Source: Stylophora pistillata (taxonomy: Eukaryota). From it: a stretch of DNA of 64,000 nt. The notes below the pieces were generated by a model that was not told the DNA's origin, did no database searches, and was given only the letters and a program-made list of their open reading frames with translations. Below are positions 49,001 through 60,476 of this stretch, in pieces (position 1 is the stretch's first letter; each line of letters opens with the position of its first letter). The position numbers and the translations under genes were made by a program. The stretch spans positions 479,164 to 543,163 of the forward strand of contig NW_019217963.1 in the NCBI RefSeq assembly GCF_002571385.2, in the 5' to 3' direction.

Positions 49001-52000
49001 TATTTGCAAATTTAGCAAAAATTAGTTCTAGCTACCACATAATTTTACGTCAGGATCAGAGAATGCATGTCTTCGCAATAAAATTTCGGCACTTTGCGAA
49101 TTCCTTTGACAGGATAGTTGGGAAAAAAACACCCGATCACAGTTCTTTTTTTTTTCTATTTTTTTGCGCCTTGACATATTTCACATTCAGATGTTATTCA
49201 AATCGCGTCTTCCCTTATTGGAGGATTCTTACAGACACCGATCAACCAATTTCCATTTCATTACCCTTTTTTTTTTCTTTTTTTTTTTTTTGCGGTACCG
49301 TATGGCGAAGAATCGATCGAACATGATCATGTTTTGAAATTTTTCACTTTAAGTGTTATCATATTGGAAACAAAACCTCATTAAAAATTAACTTTAATTT
49401 TAATGAGGTTTTGTTTTCAATATGATAATGAATGATACTTTCTTAGCTTCGACAATCAAAATTTCGCAAAAAACTTTAAATGTTTGAATGTTTTAAATGA
49501 AAAGAAAATCTGAGTGTATCCATACCTTTTATGGTACCAGAGGAAATGATACAAATTGAAAAAATTAACTTGCCTGTTGGGTTTGTTGCGTTCATAAATG
49601 TCCCTGTTGTCGTGGATTGCCGTGTTTGCATCAATGACACCTTTAACAAACATGGAAAGATGAAATTAAATCTGCTCCTTTAATCAAAGAAACCAATTAG
49701 ATCCCTGTAACTCAGTAGAGTTATGAATCGTGTAATCCAAGACCTAATTACAAGAGACCGAGGGCACCATTGTAACCGATATAAATGTCGTCTCTGCACT
49801 AAATGGGGTTACTGTAATTTCGCTTGTTTACAGGGAGAATTCTCTATTAAACACATATGAAAAATAAATGATAGGTTCAATGCGTGCTTTATCATTCTAA
49901 AATATCACTTACATTCCTTCCATTCTTAGAGTTGCGACAGCAGCTGGCCATGGTGGACGACGAATAACCTTAAATGAAAATATATTTATGCTTTACATGT
50001 AAACTTCAGGTTCGACACGAGGAGTTTTGTAACAACTAGAGAAAGTATAAAAATTATTGAAAAAATTCGTGCTCGAGTACCTTGTAAAGATAAAGGAGGT
50101 CCTCCTGCTGCAGGTAACACCAGGTTTGAGACCGGCTGATTTTGAATTATGAAAAAGTTATTGAAAATTAATTACTTTAATAATTTAAAACCAGTTGTTT
50201 TTGGCTTTTAAATATCCATCTAAATGTAATACATTTTAGCACAATAAATTTGCTTCAAGCATGTTCCAGTTTGTCGCAAATTTTATTTGTATTTACGAAT
50301 TTTATTGCCGGTGACAAGTCATCTTAGACTTTTCGTAGGCTTTGTGTGGGAATGCATTGATGGTAGAGATAGGGTTACTTTTTCCAGCAGGATAATCTTT
50401 TTGACCTGTGCAAGGCGCGCCATGCTGGCTTAAAATCTTCAATCAAAAACTTTCCTAATCCAAAGAGACCAGCTAGCAATACTCAAGGTCACTTTTAAAA
50501 CAAACAAACAGCGTATGTCACCTCCAGTCGTCTACATTGCTTTTTTAAGTGAAATTTGCAGAAAAATAACAATATCCAGACTAAGTCATAAGAGCAGAAT
50601 TGATTGCACAATTTCCCAGAAGATGACTAATACGTACCTTGAGTTGAGGTTCGGATGAGCATTTGAGGTGAGATGCTGGATTATCTTGGTTGTTCAAGAA
50701 ACTGTAATCCACTGAATTTCCTTCAAGAAAATTAAATTTGATTTAAATGTTCATACGAGTTAGTAATGGTATAACCAAAAGGTGAGATAACTTTTGGAAA
50801 AATGTCGTTTATGTCAACTTTTGACCGTTTATGTTCACACGGAATAAATCTTACCTGTTAATTCATTAGAATCTAAAGAAGAAGTTTTTGAATCCACTCC
50901 TGCAACGAGAGGCTGGGCCACAAAACCCTTTTAAAGAAAAAAGGGAGGAAGGTTAGGAATTTGTTTATACAAAAAATTACGTTTTTACGCGTTCGATTAC
51001 TAAAAGGAAGACTAGTTTAAGTAGAATCCACTCCAATTTTTCCATGGAATTAATATATAATTTTCAGCCTCTTCTATGCCTCACTTTTTCAGAGCAAATG
51101 TTGATTTCAATCCAAAATGCCAAGCACAACTTTAAATAGGAATCATTTTTTAATCATTCGCAGGGAATAAAAGGAACCTTTTATTGTAAAAAATCTCTTA
51201 CTTGTCGATTGTGTCCACTATTGGAGAAACATTTATTCCATGGATGACCTGAAATTAAATCTCATTTGTAGGGAAAAGAGAACTTTTGTTATTGGGATAT
51301 GTCTTACCGGTTGATTATCTCCACTGTTGTAGAGATCCTCATCCCATAAAAAACCTGAAATTAAATACGTTACGTATGAAACATTGTCTTACGGTACCGT
51401 GTGGCGAATAACTAAACAAACATCATCGTCTCTTGTAATTTTTTTCCAATCAATCTTTGTTTTAAATGGGAGGAAAATCAGTGGATTCATTAATTCCTTT
51501 CATGGTACCAGAGAAACTGATACAAATTGAAAAAATTAACTTGCCTGTTGGGTTTCTTGTGTTTATAGATGTGACCGTTGTCACAGATTGCTGTGTTTGG
51601 CTCAATGACACCTTTAACAAAAAGGGAAAGATTACATTAAATGTACTCCTTTAATCAAAGAAACCAATTAGATTATCTCAGTGGTGTTATGAATGTTGTA
51701 ATTCAAGTTCAAATTTTAAGAAACTGGTAACAAGCATCATTGTAACCGATATAAATGGCGTCTTTGCTCTAAATGGGAATACTGTAATTTTGCCTATTTA
51801 CAAGGAGAGATCTTCAGTCAACACATGTGAAAAAATAAATGATAGGTTCATTGCGTGCGTTATCTTTAAACTATCACTTACAATCTGGCCATTTTTGGAG
51901 TTCTGAAAGAAGCTGGTGGACGACGAATGACCTTAAATAAAACATGTAAGCTTCAGGTTTGACACAAGGAGTTCAGTAACAACCAGAGAAGACATAAAAA

Positions 52001-52936
52001 TTTTAAAGAAAACTGTACCTTGTAAAGATGAGGGAGGTCCTGCTGTTGATGAAACCAGGTTTAGGACCGGCTAATTTTGAAATATGAAAAAAATGTTGTT
52101 AATGAGTTCATTTCTATTCAAATCCAGTTGGACTTGTACTCTAGCATGTAATCCAACTTTTCGTAAAGTTTTGGAAATTGCGCCAGAACATTTTACTAAT
52201 GGTCTTTGCGATTTATTTTGTCACACCAATCACCAATTTTTCATTTAAAAAATCTATTCTGTATCATCTAGCATTAGGTCTCGATTAAGAAAACTGTGGA
52301 TGTTCCCACATTTTACGAATTGCTTAGGTCAGAGTGCCATACCAGGAAGTAACGAAAGCGAAAGGTCACTAATTCCGAGGTGATAAGCTTCAAAATCATG
52401 CATTCGTATGTTTTATATATATATTTATGGATATATCTTGTGTACCTTGTCCTCCATGACTAAATACAACGCCGATTGGCCTTTTATGTATCTTTTAATC
52501 ATTCGTCCATCCCAAACACGGTGTTCACCATGAAAATTTAATAAATCACTGGTCTGTCCTTCTCGTGATGCACACGAAAACCTAAATAATAATGAGAAGA
52601 AAAAGTATTCCCATAAGGGATTCTTTAAATTTCGCAGTTCCGTTCTCTATAAATCAAAGCCATGAGAGTCATGCAGCGCTGGTTTTACAATCTATTAATG
52701 AATGCAAGTGGTTTCTAAGAAACGTCAAGTACTTACTTCACTTACCTTTTATTTGACAAGATAGGGCGAAACAAGTTTTCAAACAAGCCTCTTACATCAC
52801 CATCTGTCATGTCTTGACGAAATGTCACACGACGCTTGTACCGTTCTCCTTTCCTCAATCCTGCTATTTCTGATAGGGTCAATGTCCTCGTTTCATCTTC
52901 GGTGAGAAGATAAACATTTTTTTGGAATCCTTCCAT
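37020..52936 (-). CDS. Gene B: paralog of gene A; 19-exon model, 641 aa (novel N-domain, S/T linker, DFDLE, DSGISS, IPT/TIG)
   Basis: Exons 52746-52936, 52446-52581, 52019-52070, 51882-51931, 51545-51611 (GC donor), 51308-51354 or 51202-51248, 50855-50927, 50638-50720, 50081-50135, 49913-49968, 49574-49640 (GC donor), 48767-48834, 48185-48215, 47802-47914, 41367-41442, 40534-40622, 39708-39846, 39141-39362, 37020-37330. They sum to 1926 nt with no internal stop. 3' end uncertain: alternative donors near 37198 and 36948. Confidence 0.8.
37818..38433. mobile_element. Penelope-like element remnant with inverted pLTRs and RT fragment
   Basis: Minus strand YFQYNGSIYE..EGTAVGSPVS..ITNL...WKRYLDDTF is a PLE RT. 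Inverted arms at ~37820-37919/38296-38395. CTGAGGA...GAAA core at 38303-38332. Confidence 0.85.
39141..39362 (-). CDS. Gene B exon, IPT/TIG C-terminal half
   Basis: GDAPGPVTVTFTTLNGDYVAKAIFTYKKFENSTTEQTTRAKRF; the PGxVxV...FTY pattern is an IPT signature. Confidence 0.85.
39708..39846 (-). CDS. Gene B exon, IPT/TIG core
   Basis: GGGIFRAEIDEELPPLMATAWASFGNRSEKVRVTRDGLAMFGEEIP. Confidence 0.85.
40534..40622 (-). CDS. Gene B exon, IPT start (RMKPSEGPLQ|GGG)
   Basis: 89 nt, phase 1-0, canonical splice sites. Confidence 0.8.
41367..41442 (-). CDS. Gene B exon with DSGISS degron-like motif
   Basis: LMGKDRLPNYVRDSSGQSDSGISSE; 76 nt, phase 0-1. Confidence 0.8.
41624..41841. mobile_element. MITE (TA-GACTAC termini)
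   Basis: TAGACTACGAGCAGTCCCTCCTTTTCGGCGAAGTCC is inverted at GGACTTTGCCGAAAAGGAGGGATTTCTCATAGTCTA. Confidence 0.8.
41851..46076. mobile_element. ~4.2-kb non-autonomous TIR transposon with 10-bp subterminal repeat arrays
   Basis: CAATGCCTGCTGTGCGGCCTTAA vs right reverse complement CAAGGCCTACTCTGGGGCCTTAA. GGCGACTTAA arrays at ~41880-42005 and ~45950-46060. No transposase ORF. Confidence 0.7.
47045..47784. mobile_element. TTAA-site Kolobok-like MITE
   Basis: TTAA|GGTGGCTGAACACAGTTTT ... AAAACTGTGTTCAGTCACC|TTAA. Confidence 0.85.
48647..48681. repeat. (GGACTTT)n microsatellite
   Basis: 5 copies. Confidence 0.9.
49290..52095 (-). repeat. Intragenic tandem duplication in gene B (49290-50165 vs 51390-52095)
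   Basis: Co-linear exon and intron similarity across three duplicated exons. Confidence 0.9.
49357..49427. repeat. ~30-bp-arm hairpin
   Basis: TATCATATTGGAAACAAAACCTCATTAAAA / TTTTAATGAGGTTTTGTTTTCAATATGATA. Confidence 0.85.
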
Positions 52937-52938
52937 AC
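52446..52938 (-). CDS. Gene B N-terminal domain exons (52746-52938, 52446-52581)
   Basis: MEGFQKNVYLL...RYKRRVTFRQDMTDGDVRGLFENLFRPILSNK|RFSCASREGQTSDLLNFHGEHRVWDGRMIKRYIKGQSALYLVMEDK; same phase-2 intron as gene A. Confidence 0.85.
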
Positions 52939-54339
52939 CTAAAAAAAGAAGAGTTAGATGAGATGTTGTACAAACTCTTCAATTTTCTTTTCTCAATTAG
53001 AGTAATGAAATACACCTAATCAAACAAAGAAGACTAAATACAACTCTTAAACATGCCTCAGATTTAAAGGCATATCTTCTTCCAAAGATTTTATAAATAT
53101 GTCAGCCTGGACATATTACAGCCTCAATGTATCGCGCGAGTTGTTTTGTTCCATGAATAATGAAACTGCTTCGGTGTTGACTCAAGGATATTAGGACGTA
53201 GGAATGAGTAATGCGAAATTGCCATCAAACTGATGATGTTTTTACAGTAGTAGTATAAATGATGCTTGTATTGCAAAGTGAGCGAATCTAAAATAAAGGG
53301 TATCAATTTCGTCATTCCCAATACTAATCCACCAGTTAGCTTGATTTTTTTTTAGCTTCAGAAGCCCAATTGTGTTTCTTGGAATCACAGAGTCATTGGC
53401 TTTTAGTTCAATCACTGTTTATTCTTATTCTATTTTGCATATTATATCCACGAACGAGTTCACCACAGTGTCACTTCTCCCTTCACTATATCATATCGCT
53501 ACTTTCAACCGACTCTTTTCAGCCAATTTTAAACTAGCAACAGATCTACTATCAACTATAAGCTAAGAATATGGTTCGACAATTCTTTGATGAATCACTA
53601 GAACTTATGGAAAGTAACAAGTGTGAAAGACCTTTAGTGTCACTGATCGAGATGAATGTAAATTTGTTGGTATGCTTTCCAAAGACACGAGCAGGGCATT
53701 CGATTCCCTACATTACCCTCTCATTCAGCTAAATTAAAGGCTTATAATTTCACAAAACTAGTACAAAACTCCTTATTTCAACCTTTAGAGACTGTTTCAA
53801 ATAGGATCAAACCGAGCAGAGAAGAGAGATCCTTAGAGAGGATGTCCGGGAAATTTCCTCTGGGATCTGCATTTAGGCCATTATTATGCATTTTAACCCA
53901 CCCATTAATTTTGTCGCGATTTTTTTGGTTACTTTACGTCAAGTGATTCAAATCACAGGACAGTTATCACATAATAACCCCCGTCCGCGTCGATATTTGT
54001 CCTCCGATTTTTTCCGTGAAAAAGAAACATAGTCAATACAAGATTTTAACTTTTCCGTTCTCCTATTTACATGGAAGGAAACCAAACTCGTTTTTTTGAG
54101 TCTAGCGAAAGTGGCATTGATAAACATTTCTTTCTAGTCAAGTTTTTGAAAAGCACGTCGGGAAATGTGAACCAAAAGCGCCAAGTTTTCGAGTTAACTT
54201 CAGTGGCGTTCTGAGAGTTAATTTCAAATGACAGCTTGTCAAGTTTTGGTCCAATCACACTGAAAATAAAGTTATATAAACCAATCAAATGTACTTGCTT
54301 TCTTGCTTGCGTCCATCACGCGCATTCGCCATCAGATCA

Positions 54340-54600
54340 CTACTGGCTTTGTTACTGTGTTTACGCGCAGTTTAATTGCGATGTGAAAATTAATGGGGTT
54401 ATGAAATAAATAAACCTCGTTCTGGCTTGCTGGTATGTCGGCTGATAATGTCCTTCGCTGAGAGATTGTCCTCAAAATTTCATATTTGCCCTCGAAACTT
54501 CGCTTCTCGGCCAAATATTCATTTTTTGGACAATTTCTCAGCTGCGGACATTATCAGCCGACATAACAGCCGCCCGAAGGGGTTTATTTACTAAATATTT
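54340..54600. repeat. Interspersed non-autonomous repeat (related to ~62845-63010)
   Basis: Shared CCGAGAAGCGAA and GGACATTATC motifs. Family not assignable from sequence alone. Confidence 0.4.
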
Positions 54601-55619
54601 CCAGAATAATTTAACTTATGATACGAAGACATACCTTTTACATCAAAATATGTATGCAGCTGATCATCAACTCTATAATACGTGCGGAAATGTAGTAGAT
54701 GTGCAAGCTGGCAGTATGTGGAGAACTTACTTAAAGGGAACTATGATAAGTGCAGGACCTGAAAAAAACATTCGATTTTCTAATTGAAAGTTATCTTATA
54801 GTGTCCCCATTTCGCGTTTTTTTTAATGTTGTTTTGATAAAGAGATAAAAACTATTAATTTTATCACTATTGTCATTAATTTGATTACCATAATCATTAT
54901 CAACAGCACCTAAACTGACTTGAGACACAAACTGACTTGTTCTGAGCCCAGCTAAGTTGTTTTGTTCTGAGCAGTGAAAGGTAATTACTACGTTTCCCCT
55001 ATATTCAGCCTATTTCAGTCGTAAAACTCGATCAAATTTTTTTTCCGTTACGATGTTGCTGTGGCGCTGTCAGTTTTCTGACCTTGCTATATCACGGCTC
55101 GATGGACATATAAGTATAATCATATTTCACTTATTTTGGATCTTCACGGATTCCATTCTGTTTCATTCTACGCCTATAAAATCTGTTTCCGATTTCTGAT
55201 GGCAACTCGTCGAGAACAATAACCTTGCAAAATTTATCAAAGCGCTTCGAATAGTAGATCAGTTCGTCTATAAGTGCAATTAAAATAACGACTTTTTGAG
55301 GGGTAACTGAGTTTAGCATCGAATGTTGGTCGGTTTTTAGTTTTCGAAACGAATATCCTGTCAACAGACCACAGAATGACCGAACAATCGCTATGCTTCG
55401 CAACGTCTCCGCAACGTTGAAATATGGCCGCCATTGTAGCTCAGGCCTCTGGCAGATGTCGTCTTCCCACATGTTAAAATATAGCCGCTGCAAAGCGAAA
55501 GGTGAAAGGCCCCCTTGCAGTTTGGGCCTATTTACGATGGATGTTTATTGTAAGCGGAAGTGCAAAATGCTCTCTACATAACAATCTCGCCACTAAAACA
55601 AGTCGAATTTTTCTCTCAC

Positions 55620-55880
55620 CTGAGAAATTTACACCTCTGGCATTTCCAGAGTAGTCATAAAAGGGTAAAGGACTTCTTTATTTCCGATCCTGAGCGACTC
55701 GATTAGTCATGACTAAATGCCACGAGGTGATTTTGCACGGAAAAATACATGGCATTATCACATGACCATCATAATGATGATCGACATATCAAAACATATC
55801 ACTGAGACTGATTTTACTTGACGAAAATAGCATTGAATGATCATGTGACCATATTATTTGTCTCGGTCTCCTTGACAATT
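55620..55880 (-). promoter_or_regulatory. Putative gene B first (non-coding) exon and promoter with M-box pair
   Basis: GCCAGAGGTGTAAATTTCTCAG|GTGAG is homologous to gene A GCCAGAGTTATGGATTACTCAG|GTAAA. TCACATGA 55758-55765 and TCATGTGAC 55841-55849. Confidence 0.55.
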
Positions 55881-58800
55881 AATACTTTTCGAAGCCCACA
55901 GGAAGTCGTGTATTTATTTAAGAATCCTGTTCTGTGACCTCCTCAATCTTTCTTACTCCTTTCCTCTTTTCTTTTTTACAATCACTTTACGATATTAACA
56001 AGACACAAGAATTCAAAGACAAGACTAAATATCGCGTGTTTAAAAACTATGACATATCAGGGGAGGCCGCGAGCCATCCAGCATTCACTATCAAATAAAG
56101 CAGTCAGCATTCGCCGTCTACAACAGCAGATCGGCAACTTGTTACCGAAAAATGGAACTTAAAAAGTATGCCCATGTACTTGAAGACAATTTACAATTAA
56201 AAGCCTAAGTCCTCGGGTTTTTCCCCCGAAACTATCACGATTTTAAGATTTCCAGTCAGCGGTAATTCTTTCTGCAGGTATGTTTGATATTTTAGACCTT
56301 CGAGACTGCTGCCATGAATCACTTTGAAGGCGGTCGAGATCCCTCTTAAATTTCAGTGTCATGAGTGTTTTAAGAAAAATTTAATTGTTAAGGCTAAATT
56401 TCGCATAAGTTTAAAGCTTAGCGTGAAACCAAATAACATCAAGATGAGCGAAGAACACTCAAGACCAGCGGATGAAGGCAACAACCATTTGAAATCTGAT
56501 AAGATGCTCGTTGGAACGGAAGAACATGCTTGATTGAATTGGAAAGGTGACGTTTCCTTTCAAACCTTCGACGAACCATCGCACGTTTGCAAAGTTTTCG
56601 TTTAAGTAAACCGTAAACCTATTCATTGGGGAAAGAAATGTTACAAGCACATTTATGTGAAGGAAAGACCGGAGTTGCTCGTTTTTCTGGTGTTATATGT
56701 CTAGGTTTACTTCATCTGGTCTAGTCTAATGCAGAGTTCTATGCGAGCGAACCAGCACAAATTCAGTGGTCTTCTGTTAGAGCACGAGCAAAACTTTCGA
56801 TTGAAACACAGGGGATACGGGATCGAATTGAACCTAAATTTGAATGATGAACTATTGAAAGCTCTCCCTAAACTCTAAGGAGAAAACATTTTCGCCTTTA
56901 TAAGACTCTCCGCTTACCTGAATGTAGCCAGTTGGGTCGGTAAGATAACTTGAGTTAAGAATCCAGTCATTCGGCAGCGCTAAAAATGAAAGCTGAAAGC
57001 TTACACTCCACATTGTTAATTCAACGAATTCCTTGAGTGACTTGAGTCTTAGATTACGAGGATGGTCATGTGACAATACACTTTCTCAATCAAACCTCCA
57101 CGCCGGTGGTTGGTAACCCGACACGACATGATAGTAGGAAGCGAAACCATTTCGACCATTGCCACATTTATTTTTTGGAATTAGAATTCTAGATGTCGTC
57201 CCAGTAGACTTCTGAACTGATTTTACTAAAGGTTTCTTTTCTTAAACCTAAAGCTGTACACACATGTCAATGTTAAACGTTCTCTTCTTAATCTAAAACA
57301 TTAAAGGTCATTTGTCGCGTTTTTTCTAGTTGTCATCAAAGCTAACGAAATAAACCAAACACAGAATTATTCTGCGATCCGCACGCTTTTTTTATACTCT
57401 GTTTACCCCTGCTGAAATGAAAGTAGTCGCAGTTGTATATCGCATTATTTTGATATGAAAGGAATATAGATTTCCCTTTTTGAGGGGATAAAAACTTATA
57501 TCTATTTTTTTGGCATTGTAAAGAATCTTTGCGAGATCGAAATAGAACGTCGACTATTGTTATGATTATTTGCTCTTTAAGAAAGAAATTGACTGGTCGA
57601 GGCCCTTATAAAACTTGCTTTAAGCTCTGATAAATCAATTGCTCGAGAATGGGTAAAACAAATTATGTGCAATTTTCCAGATCTACTTTTTTGAGAAATT
57701 CATCACATCTGGAAAAAAAGATATTTCCAGCTGCACAATTACGGACTACAAATTATCATTTATCGTTCGAATGACTTTTGCTTATTCTGATGCTGATAAA
57801 ATTCAAAATTCTCCTTTGAAATAATAAGCACGCCTTTTGACAAACGGGAAGGAAGAAAGCAAGAGAAAAGATCACAAACTAACCCGGAAAACCGTGACTT
57901 CTTTGTTTTGACCAAATCAAATAAGGCGGAGCAATCACCTAAAGGCGAAAAATCACCACCGAAGACAGGACATCGAGGAACGCAACCGCAAACAACAAAT
58001 GGGGAACTGGCTGCATGCAAGCGAGGCACGCGTGCACGTGAGGTTTGGTTAGGCTTCTATCCTGCCATCAAAGCCAATATGAGAGACGAGGTAGCCTAAA
58101 GATCATAGTTCAAAAAAGCTCTTACAGCGGCCCATTTTTAGAAAAACCCTGTAATGTTACGGGCCCCAAAAAGTTGATTTTTGTCAGTCCTGTTTCATTT
58201 AAGGACGAGATATTGACAGTTTTGAGAATAGAATAATTAAAAATCAGAAAACGAATCAGAACGATTTAATTAATAATTATTCGATCTAAGAGATAAACAT
58301 TTGTAATTCGAAATCAAAAAAGCGCAAATTAAGTCTTAATCTCGTAGTAGAATTCAAGAAAAATGTGATTGGAAGCTTACTTCTGTGGCGGGTCGTAAAA
58401 AACAGGTTTCTCTCTTCAGGTTAACAGATTCAGGTAAGCGAACAGATTATAAAAACCGATTCCTCTCTTATTGATTCTTCTGAAAAACTGGTTTAAAACA
58501 TGATAAGCTGACACTTTTAAATTATTGTACGGAATTAATTTCAAACACGAGTCCTGTAATTAAAATATATCTGTCATCAAAGGCAACACCTATTTACAAA
58601 ACGAAACAACAATCAGTGTCTATCTCATGTCTGTGGAGTACAATAACATCTCAACTGAACTGTTGAACAAATATTTTTCTTTTCATTCCATATAACAACG
58701 AGAAACAAAGTAATAACCCTAACCATAATGAGTCATAACATTTATGATCTGAAATACGTGATCATTACTTGGCGAAATCTTAACTTTATTTACTCATAGC

Positions 58801-60476
58801 GACAATAATTAAATGACAAGTATAAATCAATTTGATAGTCAGAGCTATTAATGCGGAAAATTTTTAACATGATTTATTGATAACAATCAGACCTCACTTA
58901 GCTGGGAGAACACTCCCAAAGGCCTCCAAATGAAACTTCAAAGTTCCATATCAATTTTGCATTGCAATCATCAAAAATGTCCAGCAAAACATTTTTTCTT
59001 ACTACAAAAACTAGAATTAACTTAGTCGCAAGAATACGATCATTGGCCTCCATAAGTTACGTGAAAATTCCGTGTTAATTTTTTGTTTTCAATCAGCACT
59101 GCTACTGTAGCCCAGGCAGTTGTATTGATTAAAGAATAGTTGAGAGTCCTGTTTTTCCTGATTTTTTTTTCCTAATTTTCCGCTATCATTGACTATTGTT
59201 ATAAAATTATATCAATCCACTACATGTAACACACGCCCAACAAGCTTTGATGTGTATCAGTTGTGCAGTGTTTCAGGTACAATTACATGATTAGTAATTT
59301 GGAGCAAGATGTTTTTCTTATTTTATAATACTTCTCCTGTACAAATTTGTATTTATATTAATAACAATCGTGATGACACCTTTAAGAATTCCACCAGTTG
59401 TTTCTTCTGTGTCAAACAATTGATAATAATAACTAATCATGTACCAATAATAGAATAAAACAGTCTGTGTCAAGCGTGACCCATTTGATTTATCTATATA
59501 TTGTCTCTTACAATAATGTTGAACCATGGATTGCAATTATAAGAATACTACAAAAAATCAGCGACAAAACAACACACTTTCACTAAATTCTCCCCTTTAT
59601 ATCATAAAAGGGAAAAATTTGTATCTCATTTCCTTTAAGGCTCCTTGCAGACTTTGCATTCATAACCACTAAATAAGAAACACAGTAAAAACTACCCTAT
59701 TTGGCAAAGATGATAGTCTCAGTTTTTCTTCTTTCAAGTAAGTACATGCTCAGAGTCTTAGAGGGCTTTCAGTATCTAAACATGGAACATGCTTTACGTT
59801 GGGCATAAAAAGTGTATATAGTTTCGTTAGAATCATGCATTACGTAATGTGACCTGCAACTCTTTACTTAGGACTTTCATCGGGAGTCAAGAATCCTCCA
59901 GAGCCTTTTTAGAAAAAGATACGAGACTGTACATATTCTCATTACTCTTCCCCTTACTTCTGAAACGACTCCGCGTATTAGTCCATTTGAGCTGCAAGAG
60001 GAAATTGAAAATTATTACCTATTACAGGGCACTCCTGTCCAACTAGGCTTTACGCACACTCAAAAGTGCAATCCTGCAAGGCATCCGCCCCCTTCCCTTA
60101 AACAGCCTCCTGAAGATGGGGCTTTCTAAGAATATTCGTTACTTCAATCGTTTTCTAGATGGAGGGAGTCATCTGGCATAAAAGTGTTTTAATCATAAGG
60201 AAAAGGAAAAAGGGCAATGGTAATTTGGCCTCTTTGAAAGGCGTTCAAAGTAAAAACTAAGTATCATAATATTCATCAAAAACTGGTCCAAACCTCGACA
60301 GTTTTATTCGGCAACGTCGCTTCCGAATGTGTTCTTTGCATCTGAAAAAAAAAATGCGAAATTATTTAAAGTATACCACAAGGTTATTCATTGAAAACTT
60401 AAATTTCGCGGAATCTTTTTCTGTAAATCTGTCTAGCTGTCGTGTCTTCTTTGAGTCTCTCTCCGTTCACCACAGT

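Noticed and set aside
50378-50430. Additional gene B micro-exon
   Set aside because: Weak donor, and its phase does not fit between the flanking exons.
53124-60046. Assorted 60-120 aa ORFs in intronic/intergenic DNA
   Set aside because: No motifs, paralog support or splice context; consistent with chance ORFs.
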